61,798 nt of DNA, filler included, from Asterionella formosa (GCA_002256025.1; 19 parts of 19 records of this genome joined end to end with filler, not necessarily neighbours in it), one strand, 5' to 3'. Positions 1-12,380 are shown, numbered from the whole stretch's first letter. Numbers and translations are program-made. Notes: a model not told the origin generated them from the sequence alone.

Positions 1-279
1 TTCTATGCATATGAGATGTGGTCCGTACGCTTTCGCTTCATTGTTTGTGAAGGTTCAAAAACTGTCCTAAAAGTTCGATGATGATTAATTACAAAGAGTT
101 GACATATTGCTATCTGCGATTGCACCATATTCCCTGTCCTGCATACGAAGTGATGATAAAATGGCACACTGTCTATTTGTGAATGCAATGGGATCACTTC
201 TGGTTTCTGATGTGATTATTTTTAAATTGTTACCATTAACCGGGATCAAACAGTTCATGATTCACCTGATCAAGAAGGG

Positions 280-760
280 TTCAATTGCAAATGATTAGTA
301 GCATAAAACACATGATTCAAAGCGTTGTTAGGTGTTAGCAATGGTTTGATTGCATTAGTTTCACCTCTACCTTGGTTGAATTGGTGTAACAAAAGAGTGT
401 AGTGACTCGGAGTCCAAGCTTCTTCCCTAATGTGTGGTAAGTTTGTTGCTGGTGAGAAATCAACTTGACAACTGCTTTAATATCATCAGGAAAATATTTT
501 GTATCACTACCTCTCTTATATTTCCAGGGCAGCACCTAGTATGATTCACTATCCCCATTTTTTCGAGTGTGTGCTTCCAGATACAATAAATTGTGATTCT
601 ACTGACATATCGAATTTTCTAGCCAACTGGAGGTGAACACCCGGATTTACAAGGAGTCGGTTGTCAATTTCATTGAGGCTTCGAAGCGAGCAAACGACAA
701 TGTTTTGTTGCTGTTCTGGTCTCAAATCCTTCTTCTTATGCCTATTGACTAACAAAGAGT
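280..760 (-). pseudogene. Degenerate mariner-like transposase, N-terminal DNA-binding region
   Basis: Frameshifted fragments KKDLRPEQQQNIVV..LARKFDMS, DIKAVVKLISHQQQTYHTLGKKLGLRVTTLF and, in another frame, IKPLLTPNNALNHVFYA resemble the HTH and IKPLLT region of plant/oomycete-type mariner transposases. No catalytic domain is visible. Confidence 0.5.
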
Positions 761-1344
761 CAACGAAAGGGGAGGGCCCAGAGCAAACATTCTGATAGGG
801 GCACTATATTTTAAAAACGTGCTAAAAAAATAATGTTCGGAATATTTTTTAAATAGGAGAGGCAACTACTGTAACTAGATGGAGAATTATTGTATGTTGC
901 GCTTCATGTGAGGCAGTGACCTACACAAAGTTTTGGTTGCAACTACCGCTATACCAGAACAGAGTGAGTACATAACAGGCATACGTACTCTAAATACATA
1001 TTCATTCTGGTAGCTTATAGTACCTGGTAGTTGCGTCGGGTCATTGCTATGATGAGGCTGGCAGTTACAAAGTTCCAATCCCAATGACTTTGAAAATTGT
1101 TGATTAAAATAGGTTGTTTTCATCACTTCGGCCAGAAAAGGAGAACAATTTTGAGTTTGGAGAGAATAAAGCAAAGTACCAGTAAGCAAGATTTGCTTAC
1201 TTTTGCTTACTATTGCTTTGGGCCGCCCCTCTATTGCCCCGGTCATTATTGTGTTATCTTTACGTTTCCCTGTTTTGAAGAATAAAAATAGCATAAAATT
1301 TAGTACATCACTAAGTGGTACTATCAACATCATGCATACAGACT

Positions 1345-1715
1345 TGGTACCAGGTACCTGATACGGTATTTTAAAGAGTGAATTGATGACGTTTTCTATA
1401 CTTACGGTAGTCAAACGCCTTTCCTGCGTCACGTCATGAATTTCAGCAAAATGACCGCAACTTGCAGGTACCAAATACGAGGAGACTTTCTTGTAAAAAG
1501 GGGCATTCGCAAGGGACCCTGGTACCATGGTAGAGTACCTGGTACCTGGTACCAGATACCAGGTACCACAACCACCCCTTGGAGTAAATTGTCAGTCGTC
1601 TACCGGTACCTGGTACCAGGTACCGTACATAAATTTACCTACCAGTACCGGTACCGGTAGTCAATTCAAAATTCTGGTATGATTTACTCCTGAGGAGTAG
1701 TCTCCGGTACTGGTA
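1345..1715. repeat. GGTACC(A/T) palindromic short-repeat cluster
   Basis: Dense GGTACCAGGTACC / GGTACCTGGTACC / TACCGGTA units. Similar clusters lie near 16810-16945, 17770-17835, 27435-27465, 38895-38910, 39540-39635, 50350-50460, 57070-57115, 57340-57370 and 57790-57810. Confidence 0.9.
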
Positions 1716-2740
1716 GTCTACATACAACCAGCCAGTCTGTCGCCAATGCTGATAAATCGGCATGGTCCTACTCCGAGCCTCTCTTCTTGAGATAGCCTAC
1801 CCCTCGTACGTTATTTTATATATGTCGGTAATGCTCCAAGATACAACTTTCGAAGAACACTCATACGAAAGCAACGGAAAAATCACTTCTTAGCGACCAT
1901 TGACGGGTTTGGGCAGTGGTTGGAGTGAAAGACATTAAAAGGGTAGTGATAATTTGCAGACTCCGTCCACCCTATTTTCCGATGATTTCGGTATAAATTT
2001 ATGTTTAGGTGCTTGCACATTCATTGTGCAGCCGTTGAGAGGGTGGAAAAACTTGGCCAGTCGTTGGGAGTCATCTCCAATTAACAATGTTAAATGTGCA
2101 ATTCCATAAACTCAAATATGGCATGCAGTATATCATTCATACTAAATCAATTCAATATTCAAATATGTATAGGTAGGTATAAACGCATGTGTACAATTCT
2201 GTTTATATTTTATATATAGAATACATCGCTTTCTTGCTTCCATTTCTACCTGGTAGTGGACATTTGTTATGAATTAGTAATTCCAGATGACACTGTGTAC
2301 GGGTACCCAATACATATATCTTGTCTTCATCACAAAATGCATTGCGTTACCGGTGTGCATTCTTATTAACTCAGATGTTTCCACAAGATTTATTGGCTTC
2401 CATATTACACATAAAAGTCTTTACTAAGACCAAATGACACTACTGGTTATAACTTCCCACTAACAAGATTTCGTCATTGTTTTGACTTCGGAATAAGGTG
2501 AGACGATAACAATGCAAAGAAACAATTGTTTTGCCTTCGCTGAGGTGATGTTGAGGTAAACTCGACGAGGATCAGTTGAACTTAAGTTCCCTCAGCATGT
2601 TTTTCGGAGTATGCCAATGCCACATCGTTTGAAATGACAATACGGCTAAGGCAGCACAACTGGTTGATGCTAACGAATTGATTTTCCCGCCTTTAGGAAC
2701 ATACCGCTACTCAGCATTTTTCGTTCATCAAATTTAAGCC

Positions 2741-3164
2741 ATGCCTCGTCCTCATCGAGTCAAGTCAAACGTTGTCGTCGGGGCCATTCTCGTTTGCTTC
2801 ATGACCACACCCGGAACTGAAGGAAAGCGCAATCTCAGAGCAGGAGATAACAGATATCTGAACACGGGGGATCTCTTTGGTGATACGAGTACCTCTGTTG
2901 GTGATTTCAACCAAAAGCTGCCCGAAAGGGCTTATGGAATGAGAGTGAAATTCGATCCAAACGACAGCACAGGAGGAATTCCCACTCCAGAAACTGCTGG
3001 TGACGAACGAATTATTGGAGGAAGTAACGCTGACCCAAACAGCTCTCAATTCTTCGCTATGTTGTTAAGACAATCCGAATCAACACTGCAGTACAGTTCT
3101 GCTGGTTGCGGAGCTACCGCTATCAGTTCCTGTCATGCATTGACTGCAGCACATTGTGTTTCCA
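2741..3164 (+). CDS. Secreted trypsin-like serine protease (peptidase S1A), 3'-truncated by contig end
   Basis: Hydrophobic signal peptide, propeptide, activation site R-IIGG, CG motif and catalytic-His motif LTAAHC. Confidence 0.92.
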
Positions 3165-3264
3165 NNNNNNNNNNNNNNNNNNNNNNNNNNNNNNNNNNNN
3201 NNNNNNNNTTAATTAATTAANNNNNNNNNNNNNNNNNNNNNNNNNNNNNNNNNNNNNNNNNNNN
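3165..3264. other. Artificial contig-joining spacer (first of 18)
   Basis: N44-TTAATTAATTAA-N44, stops in all six frames. Identical spacers start at 6427, 9689, 12950, 16211, 19471, 22731, 25989, 29247, 32505, 35766, 39022, 42278, 45533, 48788, 52041, 55294 and 58546. The contigs between them are 3152-3164 nt. Confidence 0.99.
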
Positions 3265-3602
3265 GTTCCTAATTTAGGAGCCTCTCCAGGTAAGGTGATT
3301 CAAATCCAGCCGCAGTCTGCCTGGGCATCCCTATTCCATTTTTGATTTGCTGGATGATACGATTGCATAAAGCAATCTATGAAAGAAATGTATAGAAAAA
3401 ATTTGTAGTTGATGATGTGGAAACGATTAATATTACTACAAAACCAACAAACAGGGGAAGTAACATACAATTATCAATTTTTATAGAAATCATTAATCTC
3501 CTTGATTGATTAGTAAGGTAGTAGGAGATGCTAAACATTCACTCATTTACTCACAATGCAGATATATAGTTAGAATAATCACTTTGGACTGGTCCTCCTC
3601 AT

Positions 3603-6426
3603 CTAACTTGGAATCCGATTTTTCACCACCAGTAGAGGTTGCACAACTAGTTGAGGACACAGCAGAAGACGAGGTTTCAGAGGAGGATGGGGTTGTAGAT
3701 TGAGAACGTAAAAGATTCTCGCCATCGGCAGGGACATGGATGAGAACTTTTCCTGGGATAGAAACATTCTCAGAGAGAATAGAATATTTTTGAAGGCCTT
3801 TTTGGGCATCGTATTACCTTTTTCTTTTTGAGCAACATTAACTTCATTCTTTGCAAAGACAGGTGGGACAGTAGGTTGGATTTTTTTGACAGATTTTTCA
3901 ACAGATTTAAGAAATTCCAAAGAAGGACCATCCTCGCAGACATTGGAACTATCTTCGTCTTGGCTTTGTGAATTCAGCTTGTTCGTGTACTTTGTTGGAG
4001 GCACAGCAGGTTTATGTACCGGTTTGACATGATCCTTCTGGAGAATAAGAATTCTACCCTTCGTGACCTCATTATCCTTGTTGTCGACCGCATGAACCTT
4101 CACATTTGATTTCTGAACAGAGTTCAGAAATTCCAAAGAAGGAACATCCTCTGAGACAATGGAACTATCTTCGTCGTCTTTGCCTTGCGGAATCACCCTG
4201 GTGATATGCTTTGTTGGAGGCACAGGTTTCAGACCAGGTTTCACATGATCCTGCTGGAGGGAGATAGAATGTGGGAGCTTGATGATAGACCAGGTTTCAC
4301 CTAAAGTATCATCTGGGTTCCTATCTCGCTGGAGGGTAAGATGTGGACCCTTCTCGACCTGCTTATGATCCTTGCAGCTGACCCCAAGCAACTTCATATT
4401 CGATTTTTCAACAGACTTGAGAAATTCCAAAGAAGGACCAGCATCTGAGGCATCCTCTGAGGCGATGGAAATATCTTCTTCGTCTTTGCCTTGTCAATTA
4501 GCCTTGGTGGTGTGCTTTGTTAAGGGCACAGGTTTGAGGGCAGGGTCTAATACTGGTGGTGGTTGATGAACAAAAACCACAGTGGCATTGCCACTGTTTT
4601 CCTTGCGTGCAATTTTCTCTGATTGAACTGCTGATTCAAGAACTGAATCATTAGTATTTGAATCATAATTCTTGGCGCTCCAGTTAATCTGAAGTGGACA
4701 GGATTTTTCACTGGACTAGGAATATTGTTAAGCAAAGCTGGTGGAGTTGGGACAACAGCTTCTTTGGCCTTTACAATGTTCTTTTCCTTGGAAATCAAGG
4801 TTTCTTGCTCGATTTTTTTACGCCCCTCATTGTTAATGTTGGTTAAAGGTGGTGAAGGTAGGACCTGAACATCAACAATTCTCTTGGAGTCAACCCTGTT
4901 GGAAACGCCAAAAGTAGGGTCTTGAAAACTGGGCATCCACTTTGCACTCTCTTCTACACCCTTGTTCCCAGTGAAAGGCGACTTGCTATTATTTTTCGTC
5001 AAATCTTCAGTTGACGATGGGGAAAACACTCGTTCCGCATACTGCAAGCACCCCTGACGAAATTGGTGGTAGGCTGCATCAGCCTGATAGAGCAAGCTTG
5101 AAATATTTGCTGTGTTAGTGACACCCTTGAAACTGCTGCCTTGAGAGCTTAGCCTTTGAGTGGTGATTGATCGGCGTGAACGAAGAGTTCCTGCTAGGTC
5201 AAATTGTTTCGACCCTATCCCATGGTGGTACAGGACGAGTTCCAGCTTGATCACATTCTGGTTACTTTTGTCGAACTTGACAACAGAAGGTAGTTCAGGA
5301 TTGACACAATGGGCAGAGGAGTTCATTCTTTGGGGCACCTGCCTTTGCCTCACTACTATCATCATCTGCTAGACTTATCACATCATTGTCCTTGAAAGAA
5401 ATTCGTGGTCTCTTGGAAATAGAACTAGAAGGGGGCCAGGTAGCCTTCGACCGTTTCTTGATTATTGGCACAGCAACTTGTTGGGACTCCGGTTTGGAGA
5501 CCATTTTGCTGCTGGAGGTGGCAGCTGATTTGGAATCCGGTTTGGATTCTTTTTTCCTGTTTATGGCAGCTGGTTTAGAGTCTGGTTTCGATACTTTTTT
5601 GCTGGGAATCGCGGCTGGTTTGCAGTCCGATTCAGATTCTTCGTAAGGATTAGTTACAGGCATTGATGCAACATCTCGGCTCATGGCTGTTGACTTCACA
5701 GCGTTGTAAGCACCTGCCTTGGATGTGACGGCTTTGGTAGCATAATGCTTGGGAGTAGCCTTGGCAGAAGGCTTAAGTGCAACAGCTTTCGCAGCAACAG
5801 TTCTTGGAGGAGCTTTCCTCCTCGTCTTTGCAGCTTTCTTTGGAACACTCTTCTGTAACACTCGGGATCATGTTGATCCTGCTGTAACTATAGAAGCAGC
5901 CTTCTGTATCATAGTGCCTCTCTTCGCACGCTTTCCGAGCGCATAAGAAGGAGCTTCCAAGTGGGCATACTCTGACCTGATAGCTGCCTTCGCATTCATC
6001 ACCTCTGTCAGGCGATGAATGCAAAAAGAAAGAAATGTGTGAATGAATAAATGAACATGAATACAGCATATATAGTAAACGAACATACCTTTTGGTTGCT
6101 TGTAGATGAAACCCCCAATGGGAAGAAACATCGAGTACACATAGGCTTGCTCTTCCAATTGATGATCAAGAAGATCATAATGAGTGGCTGAAAGAAGACT
6201 CCCAGCTCAATTTGTTCGCAAACGCACGATAGGAAAGGTGTCGAAATTTGCTGGTTCTGGCATATCAGGTCCATAATTGTATGAATCAACATCGCCATTG
6301 TTCTTGTTCCTCTCATCATGAAGAAGGTTTTCAAGAGGATGATTGATCCTGTCCATCCAAGGAATAGGATTGCAGTGTACAAATCCCAAGGATTTATACC
6401 ACTGAACCGCATTGACCAGTACCTGC
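3603..6426 (-). pseudogene. Disrupted gene for a large low-complexity K/S/P-rich protein with internal repeats
   Basis: Collinear minus-strand ORFs (5868-6158, 5295-5861, 4547-5365, 3603-4430) broken by an in-frame TGA at 5868-5870 and by frameshifts; probable GT-AG intron near 6010-6088. No recognisable catalytic domain. Confidence 0.5.
3890..4545 (-). repeat. Three diverged internal repeats encoding ED(G/V)PSLEFL(K/N)SV(E/Q)KS
   Basis: Core GAAATTCCAAAGAAGGA recurs near 3911, 4127 and 4421, each with similar flanking sequence. Confidence 0.85.
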
Positions 6427-6526
6427 NNNNNNNNNNNNNNNNNNNNNNNNNNNNNNNNNNNNNNNNNNNNTTAATTAATTAANNNNNNNNNNNNNNNNNN
6501 NNNNNNNNNNNNNNNNNNNNNNNNNN

Positions 6527-7363
6527 GAAATACCGGCGACCGAAGAAATAGTAATACCAACAAACAGACGATCTGTCAGGAGTCTAGGTAGCGTTGGAAG
6601 TTTGAGATCCAATGAATCAAATAGTATTTCTGGAGATAAGGTAAATAAGAATAGTAAATCAAGGCAAAAAGGGAGAGCTGGCAGACTTGGTGGCCCTGAC
6701 GATAGTAACATATGTCAAGCAAGGATTCCAGAAAGAAACCATTCAAGCCATGTGAGGGAAGGCAATAAAAGTCAATCTACTAGGAAACCACGCCGAAGCC
6801 CCTCGTCTGATAAAAAGCCAAGGAAAAGCTCAACTACTGACAAGCCTCGACACAGCCATTCTCCTGAAAAATACAGACGACGCTCCTCGACTGATAAACC
6901 GAAGCGAAGTGCGTCAATTGATAAACCAAGAAGAAACTCGCCTACTGATAGACCGCGCCGCACTTATTCTGTTGACAAAGTAAAACGAAGCTCCTCTACA
7001 GATAATTCGAGAAGCAGTTATTCTACGGAAATTGACATCCCTGACAATTCGACCGATGACAACCTCAACCGGCGAGGCTTAAATGGTTCTATATTTAAGG
7101 ATAAGAAGGCAAAACAGAAAGAATACAATACATTGGAAACCAACATGAAAAAAGTAAGGCTCAAAAAATCGAATGCATCAGGTGTTGAAGCTGATAAACC
7201 ACGTCGTCGAGGCTCGAACGGGTCAATTGCAATGGATTCGACCCAAATGTCAAAATTTCCTGCTGGTCACACTCGAGCTTCAATTATATCCACTGACGGA
7301 GCCAATAATATTGACAAACAGCTCGTCCGTAAAAAAAAGGGTTGCCAGGTTGAAAGAACCTAA
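6527..7363 (+). CDS. S/R/K-rich low-complexity protein, 5'-truncated (allele A, A8 tract)
   Basis: Open from contig start, with repeated DKP(R/K)R(S/N)S(S/P)T units. Terminates earlier than the copy at 13050 because of one extra A at about 7331-7338. Confidence 0.6.
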   Translation, partial: EIPATEEIVIPTNRRSVRSLGSVGSLRSNESNSISGDKVNKNSKSRQKGRAGRLGGPDDSNICQARIPERNHSSHVREGNKSQSTRKPRRSPSSDKKPRKSSTTDKPRHSHSPEKYRRRSSTDKPKRSASIDKPRRNSPTDRPRRTYSVDKVKRSSSTDNSRSSYSTEIDIPDNSTDDNLNRRGLNGSIFKDKKAKQKEYNTLETNMKKVRLKKSNASGVEADKPRRRGSNGSIAMDSTQMSKFPAGHTRASIISTDGANNIDKQLVRKKKGCQVERT

Positions 7364-8074
7364 ATCGGAGACAAGATTTCAACCTCAACCCCCCAGCTGC
7401 CAAACCAATTCCCACCGTACCGTTCTCCACTAGCAATATGCGTAGCTCTTCAAGCCGATCGTTGTTATCGGAACTAAGGACTTCTCATTATGACACCGCC
7501 ACTCCTTCAGAAAGATGCGACACATCGGTTGCTGCAGCTTCAGTTTTGCCACCTTCTGTCAGAAAGGAACGATCATTCATTCCAGATCGGATGTCGACGC
7601 CCAAGCATTCGCATTTTTAACCTTCGTTTAGTTCCTGCAAAAGTGTCAAATCGCTAGCAAGCTTGAATATCTAGAAGATTGTATGAAGAGGAGAAAATTA
7701 ACTGTTTGGAGGAATACGTTGTTTTTGATCCATTGTATTTGTTTCTCTGCTGATTCTTTTTTGTCCTTTTTAGCTCGCTTGAAGCTTATGTCAGGCGAGT
7801 TGTGATGTATGAAGGTGACCATGAACCTACCCAAGTAGGACCTGAATTTGCCTTATAAGGCATGGGATTCCATGAAGCCACCTATGATATTTGCCATTCT
7901 CCGCGTGATTTATCTTTTATGAACTTGATACTGATGATGATACCATGTTACTTCTGAATAAAGATTATATTCATGGGTTTTTCTTATTCCATCTATCATT
8001 TATTTGTACCCATTGTAATGAACCGAATATGAATTTCCCCGACAAGGTGCGGATGTCGCCTCCTTTCCCGCACT

Positions 8075-8890
8075 TTACTCAAACATATATGATCCAGCAT
8101 TGAAAGCGGAGTCATGAATACGACGTAGTTCTTTTTGTATGTGTGTCGAGATTTGAACACGTTCCAATTCATTCCGAAGACTTGTGATTATTTGTTCTTT
8201 GACGTCTAGTGCCTGTTCCAAGTTCCAAATGGATTCTTCACGAATTTTAATCTTTTGTTCGTAGTCGTTGTTTTGTTCCTCGCGTTGTTCTTGAAGTTGC
8301 TCCATTCTGCGTTCCATGGCTTCGCAAGAGGACGCAGATTCTGTGGTCGTGGTGACTGTGTCGGTGGATCCAACATGACATGATGACGTGCCAAACAACG
8401 ATCTAGTAGAAAAGATTTTCGAAAGATGAAGTGACAGGTCCATCGATGACGTTAACGCTCTCCTTCCCTTCCGTGCGAGTCGATCCTTGTTATCCTCAGT
8501 AAGTTCCAATGAGTACTCGTCTTCCTGATCTTCGTGTCTGTCTTCGTTTTCTCCACGACGAGGAAAGAATGGAGGCGTCGTGTGTCGTCGCGAGGAAGGC
8601 TTGTTCCGTGCCGCGAAAAAGGCCGCCAATGCTTCCGGCTGCTGTCCAAGTGCTTTCTTCGTCGTCTCCTTCTTTGCCAACAAATCTTTCTCGAGAGACT
8701 CACAACGGCTTTGTAAGTGTCGGACATTTAACTCTCGTTCTGTCTTTTCCTGTTCCAAAATCTCGATTTCTTGCCAACTTTTGGCAAGTGCTGCTCTTGC
8801 GTCACGACGAAGTTTTTCTAATTCCCAATACAACTGATCAGCAGATTGAAATGAGCGTTGAGAGGTACTTTTGTGTGGATAGCTGGACAT
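8075..8890 (-). CDS. Hypothetical coiled-coil protein (allele A), 271 aa
   Basis: Intact ORF from MSSYPHK with E/Q/K/L heptad segments; the frame is conserved in the copy at 14597-15412. Confidence 0.75.
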   Translation of the reverse strand: MSSYPHKSTSQRSFQSADQLYWELEKLRRDARAALAKSWQEIEILEQEKTERELNVRHLQSRCESLEKDLLAKKETTKKALGQQPEALAAFFAARNKPSSRRHTTPPFFPRRGENEDRHEDQEDEYSLELTEDNKDRLARKGRRALTSSMDLSLHLSKIFSTRSLFGTSSCHVGSTDTVTTTTESASSCEAMERRMEQLQEQREEQNNDYEQKIKIREESIWNLEQALDVKEQIITSLRNELERVQISTHIQKELRRIHDSAFNAGSYMFE

Positions 8891-9850
8891 GTTTGCTTGT
8901 ATTAATTGAAGGGTAATTTGTTTTTTCAAAAATGACAACGAAGCGACAGGAATCAAATTTGTGAGACCTAAATGCCGGTAAAATAGTGAATACCGGAATG
9001 CGGTCGTTTTATTATTTCCTGATGGCTTATTGAATCTAATGTATACTGATGCATACTACGGGAAAGGATGTCCTTATGTGTTTGACCTACGTTGACTACC
9101 TTGGTATATACTATGTACCTGCCAAAAACACATATTAACAATTCACTCAGTTTCGGTCCATGCTATAACCGAACACACCGTTGGTTGTCTTATTGCTCTT
9201 ACAGGAGGGCCATACGTTTGCATCATTTAGAGGAACATCCGAAATCATATGATGTTAATAGTAATGTGTGACTGATTAAATAAAAGTCATCGCAATGAGT
9301 CACACTTCCGGTATGTCCATACCGGCATCTATTTGTATGATGTATCTCACATATCTATATATATATTTTGTAAGTCAATGAATGGAGGCACAATGTGAGA
9401 ATACGGGCACTGTCCTGAACGACTCAGTATTTGAACGCTCGAAATTGCTGTGACTATTGATTATGTATGCAGTTGCCCGTAATCAATATATATAAACGCA
9501 AGTGCCAGTATGAAACAAAGAATAAAGGTTGAACTACTGTATACTCTGCAGTATTTATTACCATCATCTGTGATACAAACATATATTGTTGAGGCAACAA
9601 CGAGGCTTACCGGTATCTATTTGTGATTTCATGACGACAGCGACTCTTTCCTTCATGTGTTGACACATGGCCGATACTCGTCATTTACNNNNNNNNNNNN
9701 NNNNNNNNNNNNNNNNNNNNNNNNNNNNNNNNTTAATTAATTAANNNNNNNNNNNNNNNNNNNNNNNNNNNNNNNNNNNNNNNNNNNNTTCGATTCACAA
9801 ATAATATTTAAACTAAATGTAATCTAACTAAAAATTGCACTTGTGCCTTT

Positions 9851-10105
9851 GGGGGATGGATCAGTTGGTTGGGCACATGGCCTTTGATTTCAAGTTGTGT
9901 GATTCAACTCCCGCATTTTTTTTGAAAAGCAATTGTTGGGTTCGATTCCCACACTCCTCACTGTCCTGCGTGGTCTTGCCTGGTGTGCAAGGAAAAGTGG
10001 GTTGCCCCATACAAGTAGTGTAGTCGGAGTTCCCCTGACACTGTGGCAAAGACAATCACCTTTCACAAAAGATGGCTGGGGACTTACCTACACTAACAAA
10101 ACTAT
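9851..10105 (+). mobile_element. tRNA-derived sequence, probable SINE or tRNA pseudogene
   Basis: GGGGGA start, A-box-like TGGATCAGTTGG (9857-9868), degenerate B-box GATTCAACTCC (9901-9911), T8 run, then a perfect T-arm GGGTTCGATTCCC (9938-9950), a GC-richer body and an A/C-rich tail. The 3' boundary is approximate. Confidence 0.5.
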
Positions 10106-12380
10106 CAGTCATCCAAGGGCAGCACTACTAGTAGTAGAGCATGCTAGGATGAAGCGCCACTAACGTTAACATATATGTATACATACATCTACAATGCCAA
10201 TTATTGGTACAGCCACAACATAATTTTTGGGGCAAACTAGCAATATATTTTAATTTCTGGTCAAACAATTTCTTTTGTGCCAACCACAAATATTGATCCC
10301 AACAATCAAGTAATTTCTATAAATAAATTAGTCAAACAAAATACAATCATTTGTAAAATAAATGTAAATAAAGTGTGTATGATCTATTTTACTACTAGCA
10401 ATGCAGCTAATATAAGCTGGCACTAGAACAAAAGCAAGGCAGTACTAGTATTGCAAAGCCAAAGGGGCACCATTTCAGCTCCTCTTTATTTACCTCCTTT
10501 TGATAACAGCAGCGCTGTCAATTCACAAGATCTTTTGTTGAATCTTGATTAAAACTATCAATATACCTAGGCAAGCAATCATGGTAAGTCAGCTGAGCAA
10601 AACCAAATGGGGCACCATTCCAGCTTGGCTGATAACAGCAGTACTGCCATTCCGCCAGCTATTTCAGCAGCAATATACCTAAGCAACAAGCAATCATTGT
10701 TTAATGTCTCTGAGAAAAACAGGAGAGAATATTAAAGTGAGTTAGTGTTGCTTTAGAAATTACAAATCCATCACCACATCATCAACATCGCATGCATCAT
10801 TCTTACCTTTATCTCTGTCGATGTACTATCTACACCATAGCATTCGCAGCTCATCACTGAATGGTATCAAGATCGAGAAGTAGTTTGTTAGTGCAGATAG
10901 AGAAAGGCAAAGAAAGAAATAGTACCACCGTACCAAGAAAAGCGATGGCAATAAAGGTTTGAAAAGGGCACCCATTCTTGGATGAATCTTGAATTTTCTT
11001 TCATTAGAGGCTATAAATTAGAAAGAAGGTTGAGCTGATAGAAGGAGAAGCTTAAAACGAAGAAAACTTAACATCAAACTTACCATGCAGAGGCCATCAT
11101 TGTCATTACGAGTTTTCCTTTCAGCATGATTTTACCATTATGTGGTGCAGGAGTGATAATGATGACATATATTTAATTAATCAAATATGGGCGTGGTTAA
11201 TTGTATTCATTTCCTATTACAATATACCAGACTCCTGTAAAATTAAACACACACAAAATACTGGCATGGTCTGCAGTGTTGTACAAGAAGTCTAAAATGA
11301 GTACCTCCAATTTTACCACCAGCAACCTTCAGCTATCATCATTAATAGATGCATAAGGAAAATACATATGGATGTAGTATTCATGTTCAGGGTATGGTAC
11401 CTAAGATATCCCTCAAAATTGCTGAATACTGTAAGTGAATAATTATTAATTGAGATAATGCAATTCTTTTCCACATACAAAACACTACAGTGTAGTCATC
11501 ATTGTGATCAGCTGGAGCATCCTCAATCATGTCGTCTCAGCCTTGACCATGACAAAAATAGCGGAAATCTCTACGAAAATTGAGAGTGACACTTTCCTAC
11601 TATTTGGTACCTACATCAAGCACAACAAGGCCAATACAATCATAAAACAATTATTGTAATAACACTGATATTGACAACAAACACTGAAATTGCAAATGGC
11701 ATATTTTTTCTACATAATCTATAGCTACACAATTCAAAACAATGCTATTTGACATTTTCGCTGTAGCTGAGCAATGAATAAGACAACAACTATAAGAATA
11801 ACATGATTAGTTGAAGCAAAAGATGTTAAAATAGTTACTTATCGCTTGAGAAGCAATTGATTGATTGTACCACTGTGCCAACAATTTGCATAGTCGTGGA
11901 TGCAGGTGTCAGCGCAAACAAATGTGTTGCTCTTTGGAAGTTGATGTCAAAAATAAATGTGACAGCGAAAAATAAAAAATAATTGAATCGATAATTGTGA
12001 CTCCTTATTATATATATTATGGCTGTGCTGGTGAGACCAGCATAATATTGCCGTGAAGTGACGCAATTTCGCCATGATACTGTTGTGAGGACCGGTAGAG
12101 TTCAAATAATTATTTGTTGGTTTGATTACATAATTTTATTCGATAACGGATTCTTTCCGGCTAGACTGATTTCAGTCTAATAGACTAGATTCAGTCTGGT
12201 TTTTCAATCCCTTGCCCCTAGCTCAATTCAACGGATATTTCATTTCTGAAAAGTTAATCTAAATCTACAGAACTGGATGTTTCTGTAGGTATGCATAGAA
12301 ATTAGCCTTTATCTGGGCTTAAAAAATTATAAATACATGAGTAGTCTGCCTGCCAAAAATCTCAAAAAAATCTGTGCAGG

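Larger units (their letters stand above)
6527..9688 (+). repeat. Contig duplicated at 13050-16210 (probable uncollapsed haplotype)
   Basis: Same first bases (GAAATACCGGCGACC) and last bases (CTCGTCATTTAC); collinear, with scattered SNPs and three small indels (-1, +6, -6). Confidence 0.97.

Noticed and set aside
887..1660. ORFs containing VPGT/WYQ/YQVP peptides (also near 16729, 27304, 39341, 56976)
   Set aside because: They are translations of the stop-poor GGTACC repeats, not proteins.
3165..3264. Regularly spaced TTAATTAATTAA motif every ~3.26 kb as a biological repeat
   Set aside because: Always embedded in exactly 44+44 N, so it is an assembly spacer. ORFs ending in X..LIN and any gene neighbourhood across spacers are artefacts.
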